A DNA stretch of 64,000 bases from an uncultured Gammaproteobacteria bacterium (GCA_964567285.1 CAZMLO010000006.1:73303-137302), one strand, 5' to 3'; positions 19,246 through 30,729 are shown, counted from the first letter of the stretch. Numbers and translations are program-made. The notes: generated by a model not told the origin, from the sequence alone.

Positions 19246-20266
19246 TTTTTGCTTGCTCCAATTTTTTGACTCGACCAAACAATTCATTAATGTGTCGGGT
19301 TCTGATAACTTGACGCTGCCATTGTGTATAAGGTTGTGCTGTCACGCTAGAAGAATAAATGCCAGGTTCAGTAATGGAATGCCCTACTGAAGTCCCTCCC
19401 GTAAGAATCACTTGATCAGTAATTTCAAGATGATCACCGATAGCAACGGCTCCGCCAATCATACAATGTTTTCCAATCGTTGTACTGCCAGCAATTCCAA
19501 CACAGCCCGCAATAGCGGTATGAGCACCAATTCGAACATTGTGTGCAATCTGAATTTGATTATCGAGCTTAACGCCCTCTTCAATGATGGTATCGTCCAA
19601 TGCACCACGATCGATAGTGGTATTCGCGCCAATTTCCACATCATTACCAATATTAACGCTACCTAACTGAGGAATTTTCAGCCATTTTCCTCTTTCATTC
19701 ACCAATCCGAAGCCATCGGCACCAATCACAACGCCACTGTGCACAACCACACGATCGTTGAGCTTGACTTTAGAGTAGAGAGTGACATTGGGCGCTAACC
19801 AGCAGTCCTCACCCAAACTTGCGTTATCACCAATGACAGAGCCTGGTCCAATATTCGATCGCGCACCGATTTTAACGTGTTCACCGATGACAACATGCGG
19901 CCCAATCCAAACCGTTTTATCGATAATAGCAGTGTCAGCAATCACCGCAGTAGGATGTATGCCGGGATTTTGCCGGGACAATGTTGAAAACAAGGTCGCG
20001 ATTTTGGCATAGCCCACTTTAGGATCTTTAAGTACCAAAGCATTACCCGAATACTGAGAAAGATACTCATCGGACATTACGATGGCAGAAGCCTGAGACT
20101 GTGGCAAATAGGATTTATAAATCCCTGATAACAAAAAGGTGATTTCACCCTGAGCCGCTCGGTGAAGAGGAGCGATGCCCGAAATGAGCACCGATCCATC
20201 TCCCACTAAGCGAGCATTCAGTTTCTCGGCTAAGTCCGCTAAAGTATACTGAAGAGAATCCGACAT
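19238..20266 (-). CDS. lpxD: UDP-3-O-acylglucosamine N-acyltransferase
   Basis: 342 aa. N-terminal LpxD domain plus long hexapeptide repeats. Conserved skp-lpxD-fabZ-lpxA order. Confidence 0.93.
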   Translation of the reverse strand: MSDSLQYTLADLAEKLNARLVGDGSVLISGIAPLHRAAQGEITFLLSGIYKSYLPQSQASAIVMSDEYLSQYSGNALVLKDPKVGYAKIATLFSTLSRQNPGIHPTAVIADTAIIDKTVWIGPHVVIGEHVKIGARSNIGPGSVIGDNASLGEDCWLAPNVTLYSKVKLNDRVVVHSGVVIGADGFGLVNERGKWLKIPQLGSVNIGNDVEIGANTTIDRGALDDTIIEEGVKLDNQIQIAHNVRIGAHTAIAGCVGIAGSTTIGKHCMIGGAVAIGDHLEITDQVILTGGTSVGHSITEPGIYSSSVTAQPYTQWQRQVIRTRHINELFGRVKKLEQAKND

Positions 20267-20267
20267 C

Positions 20268-20774
20268 CTAACTAGACATCTTCTTCATGACTTTATCCGT
20301 GATATCATATTTTTGATCCATGAAAATAGCGGCATCTTTTGCAATCACAAAATCCCATTTTTCATCAGCAGCAATTTTCTTGACAGTATTTCTGACATTA
20401 TCAATCATGGATTGAACGGCTTCATTTTGTGCTGTCATCGCTTCTTGTTGCAAGGTGTATTGACGCTGTTGCAAACTTTGTTGCTCTTGGGCAATTTTGT
20501 TTTGCAGTTTTTCTTTGTCTTCTTTTTTCATCACCGCTTCATCGCGTTTTAATTTATCAATATCCGCTTTGAAAGCATCCGCTGATTTTTGCAGCTCTGC
20601 TTTTTTGGGACTAAAACGCTTTTCCAAATCAGCCCGTAATTTCTCAGCGGGTTTTGATTTCGTCATAATCTGTTGCATATCAACCACAGCGATTTTTACA
20701 TCTGCCTGCGCAACACTGAAAGCCATTAATACTGCACTCGCTACTAAAGCAACGAATGTTTGTTTCATCTTCAT
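20268..20774 (-). CDS. skp: periplasmic chaperone Skp (OmpH family)
   Basis: Signal peptide followed by a Lys/Glu/Gln-rich coiled coil. Lies between bamA and lpxD. Confidence 0.85.
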   Translation of the reverse strand: MKMKQTFVALVASAVLMAFSVAQADVKIAVVDMQQIMTKSKPAEKLRADLEKRFSPKKAELQKSADAFKADIDKLKRDEAVMKKEDKEKLQNKIAQEQQSLQQRQYTLQQEAMTAQNEAVQSMIDNVRNTVKKIAADEKWDFVIAKDAAIFMDQKYDITDKVMKKMSS

Positions 20775-20839
20775 TCCTAGATCTCCTCACTGAAAGGTTA
20801 ATACACTCAACATTCAATTCTCTAAAAAGAGAATCGATT

Positions 20840-23194
20840 CTATAAACTGGTTCCGACTGAAAAGTTGAACAGACGAGGATGATTGAAATCGCCTGATACT
20901 TTATTCAACGGATAGCCCAGCGCAAAACGTAAAGGCCCGAAGGGTGATAACCACTCTACTTGCGCACCCGCACTGTAGTGTAATCGTTTGATATCAAATT
21001 GATAATTCACCTCTTCCAAGGGTTTACCCGAATCACATTCACGACCCCGTAATGTGAAATTGCTGTCAAACACGTTACCAGCATCAAAGAACACTAGGGT
21101 TCTGATATGCTCGCCAAACCACTCGGGCATGATCAGCTCGAGACTACCTGTGGTCAGGATATTACCACCAATCGTGGCATCATTCACATCCCGAGGGCCT
21201 AAGCTATTGTCATCGAAGGAGCGAACAGTATCAATTCCGCCAGCATAATAGTTTAAGAAGAAGGGAAGCCCTTCTGTATCGCCATAACCATTTCCATAAC
21301 CCAATCGCGCTCTAGCATTGAAGACGAAATTGAGCGGTAATGGATGATAATATGAGGCATCGTAATTAATTTTGTAGTATTCAAGACTGTTTTCAGTCAG
21401 AGATACACCCAAATTCAACTTAAGAGAATGACGGAAACCATCCGTCGGGAAAATAGCACGATCATAACTGCTATGACTCCAGCCTAAATTCGCTGTGAAT
21501 TGGTCGAAGTTGTCGCCATTTTCTGCCACAAATTTTTGGTAAACGGTTTGGTTAAATTCACAGTCTTTTTTGTTGATCATTAAATGAATATTGCTATAAC
21601 CCAAGCCAAAACTCACGTGGTTGTATTCAGAAATGGGCACACTAAAATTCAAAGAGGTACCATAGGTATCCATTTTATAGCTACTGATACCCACTTTGCC
21701 TGGCGTGGTTTTCTGATAAAAAGCATTCACGCCAGCACCAATGCCATTTAAGGTTAAATACGGTTTATAAAAATCGAAACTGTAATTTTGATAGGCATCG
21801 TTATTCTCGAAACTTAAGCCCATCGCGTTACCAGAGCCCAAGAAATTTTTGTGTTTGATGTTGGCACCGTAAACAAAACCCACAGCGTCGGAATAACCAA
21901 CCTGCACACTCGCTGAAGCCGCTGGAGCTTCTGAGATTTTGTAGCGAACATCCACCAAATTCGAGGAGCCGGGAACGGGTTTAGTTTCAACGTCTACTTT
22001 TTCAAGATAACCTAAGTTAGCTAGACGACGTTTACCTTCTTTGACTTTTGAAGAGGAGTACAGTCCGGCTTCAAACTGACGTAATTCTCGGCGAATAACT
22101 TCATCTTGTGTGGTTGTATTACCTTCAAATGAAACAGTTCGGACATAAACGCGCTGGCCCGGTTCCACATCAAAAACGATAGAAACTTCGTGAGTTTTTT
22201 CATTCACATCAGGTCGAATGTTGACTTTGGCAAAGGCATAACCCTTATCAGAGAAAAAATCCATCATGCGTTTTTGAGTATCAATTAAATCTCGGCGTGA
22301 AAAAGGTTTGCCTAATTCGAGCAGGGCAAGTTTTCTCAGCTGTGCTTCATGCCCTTCCAATTTACCGGACAGCGAATAACCTTTTAAGCGATACAAGGCG
22401 CCTTCTTGGACATTAATTGTAATAAATACATCGCGTTTGTCGGGTGTAATAGTCACTTGGGTTGAGGTGATTTTAAATTCCAAATAACCACGATCCATGT
22501 AATACGAACGTACGGTTTCTAAATCTGCCGCTAATTTATCAGCTGCGTAGCGGTCATTATGTGAAATAAAAGACCAAATTTTTGTGGTAGTTAGCTGGAA
22601 ATTTTTAAGTAAAGTTTTGCTCGGATATAATTTATTGCCGACGAAATGAATCGCTTTAATTTTTGCGACTTGGCCCTCAAAAATGTCGATATTAACTTCA
22701 ACGCGATTGTCTTTCAGGCGATTGATTTTTGTGTGAACCTTAGCATTATAACGACCCAGATTATAGTATTGTGATTCTAGCGAATGTTGGATACTTGAAA
22801 AAATGGATTGATCATAGACCCGGCCTTCGGCTACACCATTTTCTTTCAGCACTTTGAGCAAATCTTCTGATTTGATTTCTTTATTACCGTTGATATTTAG
22901 TTTGGTGATGACGGAACGTTCCACCACATGAATAATCAATGTGCTGTTGGTGCGAGAAATCCGGATATCATCGAAAAATCCCGTTTTATATAAATCTTCG
23001 AGCAACTTTCGAGATTCATTTGCTTGAAATTCTTCGCCTTCGTGAATGCTGATATAATTTCGCACAGTTTCCGGACGGACACGTTGCAAACCTTCGAATT
23101 CAATTTTTCGAATCACAAATGCTGATGCCATGATGGGCATAAAGCTGAGTGAAATGGCCAAGGCACTATTCAGTAATCGCTTTGAGTAATCCAT
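20840..23194 (-). CDS. bamA: outer-membrane protein assembly factor BamA
   Basis: 784 aa. Five POTRA-like repeats (I..I.FEGL.RV...V) and a C-terminal beta-barrel ending ...FNFSVGTSL. Confidence 0.95.
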   Translation of the reverse strand: MDYSKRLLNSALAISLSFMPIMASAFVIRKIEFEGLQRVRPETVRNYISIHEGEEFQANESRKLLEDLYKTGFFDDIRISRTNSTLIIHVVERSVITKLNINGNKEIKSEDLLKVLKENGVAEGRVYDQSIFSSIQHSLESQYYNLGRYNAKVHTKINRLKDNRVEVNIDIFEGQVAKIKAIHFVGNKLYPSKTLLKNFQLTTTKIWSFISHNDRYAADKLAADLETVRSYYMDRGYLEFKITSTQVTITPDKRDVFITINVQEGALYRLKGYSLSGKLEGHEAQLRKLALLELGKPFSRRDLIDTQKRMMDFFSDKGYAFAKVNIRPDVNEKTHEVSIVFDVEPGQRVYVRTVSFEGNTTTQDEVIRRELRQFEAGLYSSSKVKEGKRRLANLGYLEKVDVETKPVPGSSNLVDVRYKISEAPAASASVQVGYSDAVGFVYGANIKHKNFLGSGNAMGLSFENNDAYQNYSFDFYKPYLTLNGIGAGVNAFYQKTTPGKVGISSYKMDTYGTSLNFSVPISEYNHVSFGLGYSNIHLMINKKDCEFNQTVYQKFVAENGDNFDQFTANLGWSHSSYDRAIFPTDGFRHSLKLNLGVSLTENSLEYYKINYDASYYHPLPLNFVFNARARLGYGNGYGDTEGLPFFLNYYAGGIDTVRSFDDNSLGPRDVNDATIGGNILTTGSLELIMPEWFGEHIRTLVFFDAGNVFDSNFTLRGRECDSGKPLEEVNYQFDIKRLHYSAGAQVEWLSPFGPLRFALGYPLNKVSGDFNHPRLFNFSVGTSL

Positions 23195-23308
23195 AATTAT
23201 TATTAACCCCTTTAATCATCTTATTCACACCGCAGAGGACGCTCTCCTACTGCTGCGGCTTAGTCCTAAATCGCTGCCGGCGAGTATACCTGAGGAAATT
23301 CCTTTTTA

Positions 23309-23401
23309 TAAGGGGTCAGGTCCTCACAAATGACAAGATCTAAAAGGGGAGAGACCCTGCCCTCTCTTAGATCTTGTCATTTGTGAGGACCTGACCCCTT
23401 A
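23309..23401. repeat. 35-bp perfect inverted repeat (long hairpin) overlapping the dxr stop codon
   Basis: Left arm 23309-23343 (taaggggtcaggtcctcacaaatgacaagatctaa) is the exact reverse complement of right arm 23367-23401. The loop contains a further 5-bp gagag/ctctc pairing. The right arm encodes the last ~11 codons of dxr plus its stop. Confidence 0.9.
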
Positions 23402-24554
23402 CAAAATTGCGGGTTCTGTTGTCGATCTCGTAAAGGGCCTCCACAGAGTCGATTGGCGCACTGGCGGGCAGTTCTGTTAAGGCCTTGTCGATGAGTTGAG
23501 GTATGGCCAAATAGGGGATCTTTTCTTCGAGGAAGGCTTTGACAGCCACTTCATTGGCGGCATTGAGGATGGTGGGTGCTGCCCCACCCTGCTCTATGGC
23601 ATTAAACGCTAAGCGCAAGCAAGGGAAACGTTGTAGATCAGGTTTTTGAAAACTTAAGAGCCCTTTCTCCGCTAGATCTAACTTAGGCACTCCACTGCTG
23701 ATTCGCGCCGGCCAGCTTAAAGCGCAGGCGATAGGCGTTCGCATGTCCGGTACGCCCAATTGCGCCAGCTGAGAGCCATCGGCGTATTCCACTAAGGAAT
23801 GAATAATACTTTGGGGATGAATTAATACCTCTATTTTTGAGCAAGGCATGTTAAAAAGCCAATGCGCTTCAATGAGCTCCAGGCCCTTATTCATCATCGA
23901 GGCTGAATCGACGGACACTTTTGGACCCATAGACCAATTGGGATGGGCAATCGCTTGGGCTGGACTGACTTGCTGCAAATTTTCTAAGGGAATTTCACGA
24001 AAAGGCCCGCCTGAGGCTGTTAAAATTAAACGCTCTACACCATCAGGAGGTTGCCCACACCGATAACCCGGCGGCATGGCTTGAAAAAGCGCATTGTGTT
24101 CACTATCGACAGGAATTAAAGTCGCGCCACCCGCTTCGACCGCCTCCATCAATAGCTTTCCACCCATCACTAAGGCTTCTTTATTGGCTAAGCAAATTCG
24201 TTTTCCGGCTTTAGCCGCTGCAATCGCAGGGACAAGACCCGCGGCTCCCACCATCGCGGCTACCACAATCTGAACTTCGGTGTCTTGGCAAATTTTCACT
24301 AGACCTTCTTCACCGCCTAAAACTTCTGTCGGCAGACCTGCTGTTCGAATTTTTAGGGATAAGGCTTCTGCCGAATCAAGATCAGTCATCACCGCAAATT
24401 GAGGTTCCCATTGTTGACACAGTTCAAACATTTTTTGAACATTCGAATACGCAGCAATGGCATAAAGCCGATAATCATCACGGTGCGCAGAAAGAATCGA
24501 ACAGGTACTCTGTCCAATCGATCCTGTGGCGCCAAGTAAGGTTATATTTTGCAT
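23367..24554 (-). CDS. dxr: 1-deoxy-D-xylulose-5-phosphate reductoisomerase
   Basis: LLGATGSIGQST, LANKEALV, DSEHNA, GGPF, HPNWSMG and MNKGLE motifs. Confidence 0.95.
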   Translation of the reverse strand: MQNITLLGATGSIGQSTCSILSAHRDDYRLYAIAAYSNVQKMFELCQQWEPQFAVMTDLDSAEALSLKIRTAGLPTEVLGGEEGLVKICQDTEVQIVVAAMVGAAGLVPAIAAAKAGKRICLANKEALVMGGKLLMEAVEAGGATLIPVDSEHNALFQAMPPGYRCGQPPDGVERLILTASGGPFREIPLENLQQVSPAQAIAHPNWSMGPKVSVDSASMMNKGLELIEAHWLFNMPCSKIEVLIHPQSIIHSLVEYADGSQLAQLGVPDMRTPIACALSWPARISSGVPKLDLAEKGLLSFQKPDLQRFPCLRLAFNAIEQGGAAPTILNAANEVAVKAFLEEKIPYLAIPQLIDKALTELPASAPIDSVEALYEIDNRTRNFVRGQVLTNDKI

Positions 24555-25417
24555 TAGTTAAATAATGAGAAGTGAATAAAAATTGGGAGTGCTGGCAGCA
24601 TACTATCGATGCGATCCAGAATTCCGCCATGACCGGGTAATAATGAACCTGTGTCTTTAAGGCCCACATTGCGTTTCATCATGCTGATGCTTAAATCGCC
24701 GAGAACAGAGGCTAAAATGGTCCACAGGGAAACGGTTAATAATGTGAGAAGATTTTCAGAAGCGCTACCAAAATTCAACACAGCCAAATGACAGGCTCCA
24801 TTTGTACAGGTATGCAATATTTCAGCAACGGTAAAAACCAGCATCACAATGATGAGTCCGCTTATTAAAGCGCCCATCAGACCAGCAACCGTTTTGCCCG
24901 GGCTCACCGCAGGAATTAAGGCTGTTTTTCCCCAACGCTTTCCAGCAAAATAAGCAAAGGAATCAGCGCCCCAGATCAGTACTAAACAAAGCATCAACAT
25001 TTCACGGGGGAATTGTTGCAATCCAAATTTCACCAGAATATAAAAGCAAGGCGCTAAAGCCAAATAACCCATCAAACTCCTGAGCACACGACTTTGGCCC
25101 CAGTACGATGCGGTATTAGGATAACTGAGCACTAAAATTAAAATCAGGGGCCAGAAAATTAAACTTAGATTATATAAAATTAATGTCATCCAAGCGCTGA
25201 GAGTCGGTTGGAGGACGCCCGCTTCGATTAAAATAAATCCAAAGACATAGATTAATCGCATGATGATTGATTGCCAGCCCGCTAATCGAGACCATTCCCA
25301 ACTGGCTAAAATTAATAACGAAGCACAGACAGCCACAAAAGGTTCTGCGGGTAATTTAAAAACACCCAAAACAACCAGCGGTAGTAATATAGCGGCTGTG
25401 ATCAGTCGTTTTAACAT
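24554..25417 (-). CDS. cdsA: phosphatidate cytidylyltransferase
   Basis: Polytopic membrane protein carrying the signature SMMKRNVGLKDTGSLLPGHGGILDRIDS. Confidence 0.9.
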   Translation of the reverse strand: MLKRLITAAILLPLVVLGVFKLPAEPFVAVCASLLILASWEWSRLAGWQSIIMRLIYVFGFILIEAGVLQPTLSAWMTLILYNLSLIFWPLILILVLSYPNTASYWGQSRVLRSLMGYLALAPCFYILVKFGLQQFPREMLMLCLVLIWGADSFAYFAGKRWGKTALIPAVSPGKTVAGLMGALISGLIIVMLVFTVAEILHTCTNGACHLAVLNFGSASENLLTLLTVSLWTILASVLGDLSISMMKRNVGLKDTGSLLPGHGGILDRIDSMLPALPIFIHFSLFN

Positions 25418-26175
25418 AATGCCTCTTCCCTAAGTTGTTCGTTGGTTAAACCAAAACGACGTTTGCGCGAGGCAAATTCTACGATAGCTTTATCTAATTC
25501 TGCTGGGTTAAAATCGGGCCACAAAACTTCGGTGAAATAGAGTTCTGCATAAGCAATTTGCCAGAGTAAAAAATTTGAGAGACGAATTTCTCCGCTGGTG
25601 CGAATCAATAAATCAGGTTCTGGTAAATCAGCCAATGACATATAGTTAGAAAAACCGTCTTCGTCAATACTCAATTGACTAAGATCAGTTTCTTCCGCTA
25701 AAGCTGTTTTCGCAAATTTGAGTGCAGCATTAGCAATATCCCAACGGCCACTATAATTGGCAGCAATCACTAAAATTAACCCATCATTGTCTTTGGTAAT
25801 GCGTTCTGCTTGACGCATTTCGGTTTGGAGTTCCAGTGAAAAAGCTTTGCGATCACCTATAAATCGCAGTTGAACATTTTGTTGATGAAGCTTTTCAGTT
25901 TCGTTGTGCAGTGTTTGCAGAAAAAGTTTCATGAGTGCATTGACTTCAGCATCCGGACGCCCCCAATTTTCACGGCTAAAAGCAAAAAGTGTGAGGACTT
26001 CGATACCGACGGTGGGACAGTGTTCAACGATGCGTTTGATTGCTTGTGCACCAGCTTCATGTCCAGCAACACGAGGTAAAGCACGTTGCATTGCCCAACG
26101 ACCGTTTCCATCCATGACGATGGCCACGTGTTTTGGTTTACCACTTGTTTGAAGAGTGGCTGATTGTGAAACCAC
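25411..26175 (-). CDS. uppS: di-trans,poly-cis-undecaprenyl-diphosphate synthase
   Basis: HVAIVMDGNGRWA, LTLFAFSRENW.RP and RTSGE.RLSNFLLWQ motifs. Confidence 0.93.
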   Translation of the reverse strand: MVSQSATLQTSGKPKHVAIVMDGNGRWAMQRALPRVAGHEAGAQAIKRIVEHCPTVGIEVLTLFAFSRENWGRPDAEVNALMKLFLQTLHNETEKLHQQNVQLRFIGDRKAFSLELQTEMRQAERITKDNDGLILVIAANYSGRWDIANAALKFAKTALAEETDLSQLSIDEDGFSNYMSLADLPEPDLLIRTSGEIRLSNFLLWQIAYAELYFTEVLWPDFNPAELDKAIVEFASRKRRFGLTNEQLREEALC

Positions 26176-26733
26176 TTAAATCTCCAGCAGATCAGCTTCT
26201 TTGACACTGATAACTTTATCAATATCCGCAATAATTTTATCGGTGACTTTTTGAATATCAGTTTCTGCTTTTCGCTCATCGTCTTCAGAAATCGTTTTGG
26301 CTTTGAGCAACTCCTTAATTGCGCTATTCGCATCACGTCGAATATTACGCACAGCGACTCTCGATTTTTCGCCTTCCTCGCGAATAATTTTAATCAATTC
26401 TTTACGACGCTGTTCGGTCAGTTGAGGTAAGGGAACACGAATGACAGAACCGGCTGTTAATGGATTTAATCCAAGATCCGCATTTAAAATCGCTTTTTCT
26501 ACCACAGGAACCATGTTTTTTTCCCAAGGCGTGACTGTCAAAGTTCGAGCGTCTTCCACGGCAATATTCGCGACTTGGCTCAGAGGTGTATCATTACCGT
26601 AATAGGGAACTTTCACGTGTTCAATAATACCAATATTTGCGCGTCCTGTTCGTACGCGTGTTAATTCACCTTTTAACGATTCAATGCACTTATGCATGCG
26701 CTGTTCAGTATCCTTCATTAATGTAGAAACCAT
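26176..26733 (-). CDS. frr: ribosome recycling factor
   Basis: 185 aa. RTGRA, PLTEERRKEL-type ([10 protein letters not shown]) and VRNIRRDAN motifs. Confidence 0.95.
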   Translation of the reverse strand: MVSTLMKDTEQRMHKCIESLKGELTRVRTGRANIGIIEHVKVPYYGNDTPLSQVANIAVEDARTLTVTPWEKNMVPVVEKAILNADLGLNPLTAGSVIRVPLPQLTEQRRKELIKIIREEGEKSRVAVRNIRRDANSAIKELLKAKTISEDDERKAETDIQKVTDKIIADIDKVISVKEADLLEI

Positions 26734-27461
26734 TATTCCTCTCCTCGTTCCACTAAAGTTCCGACTTCCTCAGAAAGAATGACTTTCTTGATATTGCCAG
26801 GCACATTAATATTAAACACGCGTAACGAAATATTGTGATCTCGACACTGGCAAAAAGCCGCTAAGTCCATCACTCGTAATTCCTTGCTCAACACTTCACG
26901 GTAGGTGACGCGTTTATACAGCGTTGCATTTTTTTCAATCATGGGATCTGCAGAATAAACACCATCAACATTCGTTGCTTTGAGAATCACATCCGCACCA
27001 ATTTCTATACCACGTAAACTGGCGGCTGAATCGGTGGTGACCATGGGATTGCCGGTACCGGCTGCGAAAATAACAACGCGACCTACTTGTAAATGATGAA
27101 TGGCTTTACGTCGATCATAAGGATCCACGATGCCGGTCATAGGAATTGCTGACAATACGCGGGTTTCTAAATCAATGCCTTCGAAAACATCACGCATGGC
27201 GATGGCATTCATCAATGTGGCTAACATGCCCATATAGTCGCCAGAAATACGGTCTAAGCCCGCTTTCGACAGTGCAGAACCACGAAATAAATTACCCCCG
27301 CCTACTACAATACCCACTTGCACACCTAAAGCGATCACTTCTTTCACTTCTTGTGCTAAGCGGTGCATGACGGCGGGGTCTATACCAAAGGGACTATTGC
27401 CCATCAAAGCCTCGCCGCTGAGTTTCAATAAAACTCTGTGGTACAAGGGCTTTTCAGACAT
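26733..27461 (-). CDS. pyrH: UMP kinase
   Basis: [22 protein letters not shown] and TGNP..TTDSAA motifs. Confidence 0.95.
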   Translation of the reverse strand: MSEKPLYHRVLLKLSGEALMGNSPFGIDPAVMHRLAQEVKEVIALGVQVGIVVGGGNLFRGSALSKAGLDRISGDYMGMLATLMNAIAMRDVFEGIDLETRVLSAIPMTGIVDPYDRRKAIHHLQVGRVVIFAAGTGNPMVTTDSAASLRGIEIGADVILKATNVDGVYSADPMIEKNATLYKRVTYREVLSKELRVMDLAAFCQCRDHNISLRVFNINVPGNIKKVILSEEVGTLVERGEE

Positions 27462-28351
27462 TATTGAGCTCCCTGAACTTGTGCCATAACTTCTTCTGCA
27501 AAATTGTCTTCGCGCTTTTCAATACCTTCACCCACTTCAAATCGTTCGAAAGCGAGCACTTTTGCTTTTGCTTTGTTGAGTAATTCTCGCACCGAAATGG
27601 AGGGGTCTTTAACAAAGGGCTGTCCTTCCAAACTCACTTCGGCTAAGAATTTATCAACGCGACCTTGAACCATTTTAGTGATGATTTCAGCGGGCTTTCC
27701 GCTATCGGCTGCTTGCGCTGTAAAAATTTCTCTTTCTTTAGTGATAATTTCTGCAGGAATTTCATTGGCGGAAATAGCTTGTGGTTTAGAAGCCGCGATA
27801 TGCATCGCAATATCTTTACCCAAGTCTACGTTGTCAGAATCTAATTTTACGACAACGCCAATTTTATTCCCGTGTCGATAAGACGCTAAAGGATGATCAG
27901 AGCTCAGCAATTTAATGCGGCGAATTTGGATATTCTCGCCGATTTTTGCAACCAATTCTTGGCGAGCTTGTTCAATACTTTGATCAGAACCTGCTTGAAT
28001 AGGACGCTGACTCAATGCATTGATATCGGTGATTTTTGCAGCCAATGCTTCTTCGCAAGCGCTGTTCGCAAATTTCAAGAAATTTTCATCACGGCCCACG
28101 AAATCCGTTTCGCAATTAAATTCGGCAATCACAGCTGTTTTAGAGTCGTCACTTAACTTGATAATAACAACACCTTCAGCTGTTACGCGATCCGCCTTTT
28201 TATCAGCTTTCGCAGCACCTGCAATACGCATGGCTTCAACAGCGGCTTCGATATCGCCATTGGCTTCAACCAGCGCTCTTTTGCAATCCATCATTCCCGC
28301 ACCGGTACGATTTCTGAGTTCATTCACTAAGGAAGCTTTAATCGTCATCAT
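27461..28351 (-). CDS. tsf: elongation factor Ts
   Basis: [17 protein letters not shown] start, with a conserved core and dimerisation region. Confidence 0.95.
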   Translation of the reverse strand: MMTIKASLVNELRNRTGAGMMDCKRALVEANGDIEAAVEAMRIAGAAKADKKADRVTAEGVVIIKLSDDSKTAVIAEFNCETDFVGRDENFLKFANSACEEALAAKITDINALSQRPIQAGSDQSIEQARQELVAKIGENIQIRRIKLLSSDHPLASYRHGNKIGVVVKLDSDNVDLGKDIAMHIAASKPQAISANEIPAEIITKEREIFTAQAADSGKPAEIITKMVQGRVDKFLAEVSLEGQPFVKDPSISVRELLNKAKAKVLAFERFEVGEGIEKREDNFAEEVMAQVQGAQ

Positions 28352-29352
28352 TATTCTCCTGTAGTGGGTGTGTCAGTGGCATCGGTAGCTGCAGTAGTTG
28401 CACTTTTTGAAGTTGATTTGGCATCTGCAGTTTTAGCGGCGGCGGGTTTCACCACGGTTTTTTTAGTCACAGTGGTTTTTTTAGGCGCTGCTGATTTTTC
28501 TTCAGCTGTCGCAGTTTTAGCTGTTTTTGCAGAAGATTTAGCCGGTGCAGCTTCAGATTTTGCGGGAGTCTCGTCGCGTTTTTTGGTCACGACTTTACGA
28601 GCACCAGCATCCTCTTTCTTTTTCACTTCGGGTTTTGCTTTTTCAGGTTGCTTAGGTTCCGTTGCAGCCAAACGTTCACGTGCGGTAAGAATCGTATCAG
28701 CAATATGTTTGCAATAAACTTCAATCGAACGAATGGAATCGTCATTACCAGGGATAATATAGTCTATTCTGTCAGGAGAATTATTACTATCAACAATACC
28801 GATAACAGGAATTCCTAATTTAACGGCTTCTTCAACAGCAATTTTTTCATTGCCGACGTCAACAATAAACAGGGCATCGGGCAATCCACCCATTTCTTTG
28901 ATACCACCTAAACTGAGTTCCAGTTTATCTTTTTCGCGCGTTAGGGTAAGTCTTTCTTTTTTGGTAAAACCTTTGAATTTTGGACTTTCCGCTAATTTTT
29001 CAAGATCACGCAACCGACGGATTGATTGTCGAATTGTTTTATAGTTCGTTAACATTCCACCTAACCATCGATGATCGACATAAGGCTGGCCTGAACGAAT
29101 AGCATGTTCACGAATGATGCCAGAGGCCACATCTTTGGTTCCCACAAAAAGGACTTTACCTTTTTTAGAAGCCACACTGGAAATAAAATTCAGGGCTTCT
29201 TTGAACATGGGTAGAGTTTGTTCAAGATCAATAATATGGACATTAAGACGAGTGCCGAAAATAAAGCGAGCCATTTTGGGATTCCAGTAACGGGTTTGGT
29301 GCCCAAAGTGCACGCCAGCTTGTAGAAGCTCTTTCATAGAAACAGTAGACAT
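28351..29352 (-). CDS. rpsB: 30S ribosomal protein S2 with ~95-aa Lys/Ala/Thr-rich C-terminal extension
   Basis: [22 protein letters not shown] start and a conserved core to about aa 235. A low-complexity tail follows. The stop overlaps the tsf start (TAATG). Confidence 0.95.
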   Translation of the reverse strand: MSTVSMKELLQAGVHFGHQTRYWNPKMARFIFGTRLNVHIIDLEQTLPMFKEALNFISSVASKKGKVLFVGTKDVASGIIREHAIRSGQPYVDHRWLGGMLTNYKTIRQSIRRLRDLEKLAESPKFKGFTKKERLTLTREKDKLELSLGGIKEMGGLPDALFIVDVGNEKIAVEEAVKLGIPVIGIVDSNNSPDRIDYIIPGNDDSIRSIEVYCKHIADTILTARERLAATEPKQPEKAKPEVKKKEDAGARKVVTKKRDETPAKSEAAPAKSSAKTAKTATAEEKSAAPKKTTVTKKTVVKPAAAKTADAKSTSKSATTAATDATDTPTTGE

Positions 29353-29520
29353 TGTAATACCTCATTTAGGGTTAGGCCTCCACATGCCCCTCCGAGGATC
29401 ACGCTTTCGCGTGGGCCCCTTTCACCTTCTAACTCTCTGAGCGAACTCTAAAGAGCACCCTAGAGGGTGTGTCGACATGTGTGTGATCTCAGCAACCCGC
29501 CTTTGGCGGATCACCGGTTG
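29353..29520 (-). promoter_or_regulatory. candidate structured rpsB 5' leader (S2 autoregulatory region)
   Basis: 296-nt map/rpsB divergent intergenic region. The segment next to rpsB is GC-rich with several complementary stretches (e.g. ccgcctttggcgg). Gammaproteobacterial rpsB mRNAs are known to carry a conserved structured leader. Not folded here. Confidence 0.3.
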
Positions 29521-29648
29521 TACTATCTTTTAAAAGCTTAATTGTGTTATTGTAAACAACCAAACTTTGTTATAAAATAGCATTTACGCAAAAGCGCGTA
29601 AGCTTTATATCATAGTTATTCTGAAACAACAACATTCTGTGGCACAAA

Positions 29649-30467
29649 ATGGCAATTCATATCAAATCAGCGATCGAGATTGAGAAAATGCGAGTCGCTT
29701 GTCGTCTGGCGGCTGAGGTGCTGGAGATGATCACTCCCCATGTAGTGGCGGGTGTCACGACAGACCATCTCAATCAAATTTGCCATGATTACATCACCGA
29801 TGTTCAAGACGCCTACCCTGCTTCACTCAATTACCGAGGCTTTCCCAAGTCTGTATGCACTTCCGTTAATCATGTCATTTGTCATGGCATTCCAGGGCCT
29901 AAGGTATTGAAAAATGGGGATATTTTGAACATTGACGTTCTGGTTCGTAAAGACGGCTTTCACGGTGACACCTCTAAAATGTTCTTTATCGGTGAGCCTT
30001 CTATACTGGCAAGGCGACTGGTTACTGTCACCCAAGAGTGTCTCTATCTCGGTATTCAACAAGTGAAGCCCGGTGCTTTGATCGGGGATATTGGTGCTGT
30101 TATTCAGGCCCATGCGGAAAAAAATCGTTTTTCTGTGGTGCGGGAATTTTGTGGCCATGGTGTGGGCGCTAATATTCACGAAGATCCGCAAATCCTCCAC
30201 TATGGCAAAGCCGGCACTGGCGAAAAAATTGTACCTGGCATGATTTTCACGATCGAGCCCATGATCAACGCCGGTAAAGCCGATCTTAAAATCCTCCCCG
30301 ATGGCTGGACCGCCGTCACCAAAGACCACAAACTCTCCGCCCAATGGGAACACACGATTTTGGTAACCGACACAGGATGCGAGATTCTGACTTTACGAGA
30401 AGAGGAAATTAGAAAAATTGAAAAAGCAGAGGTGAGTGAGATAGAGACAAGCAGGCAAGCAAGTTAA
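29649..30467 (+). CDS. map: type I methionine aminopeptidase
   Basis: IKSAIEIEKMR, NIDV, FHGD, GHG(V/I)G and EPM motifs. Divergent from rpsB as in E. coli. Confidence 0.95.
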   Translation: MAIHIKSAIEIEKMRVACRLAAEVLEMITPHVVAGVTTDHLNQICHDYITDVQDAYPASLNYRGFPKSVCTSVNHVICHGIPGPKVLKNGDILNIDVLVRKDGFHGDTSKMFFIGEPSILARRLVTVTQECLYLGIQQVKPGALIGDIGAVIQAHAEKNRFSVVREFCGHGVGANIHEDPQILHYGKAGTGEKIVPGMIFTIEPMINAGKADLKILPDGWTAVTKDHKLSAQWEHTILVTDTGCEILTLREEEIRKIEKAEVSEIETSRQAS

Positions 30468-30729
30468 CATTTGCAACTTGCATGCCTGAGCCATCCCAGT
30501 TATTGTTTTTTGGAGACGCTAACTTCTAAAATATTGATATTCTTCAGGAAATGAATTTTTAATACGCTATTGTGTTTTTTGACTACCATATCGTAGAGCT
30601 CGAATACTTCGTTGATTTGAAGTTCTTTAATACCCTTCCAGCCTACATTATTTTCAATACCGTCCCAACCGTATCAACATATTGTTTGGGTAATACCCAG
30701 GTATCGTTTATCGTGATTCATTTTGTAAA

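Noticed and set aside
18390-19666. Long antisense ORFs inside lpxA and lpxD (e.g. 18390..18761, 19412..19666)
   Set aside because: Hexapeptide-repeat (left-handed beta-helix) genes typically give open antisense frames. The sense frames have clear LpxA/LpxD motifs.
28364-28717. 117-aa plus-strand ORF opposite the rpsB tail
   Set aside because: It is a shadow ORF created by low-complexity Ala/Lys/Thr coding on the other strand. The rpsB frame is continuous with a well-conserved S2 core.
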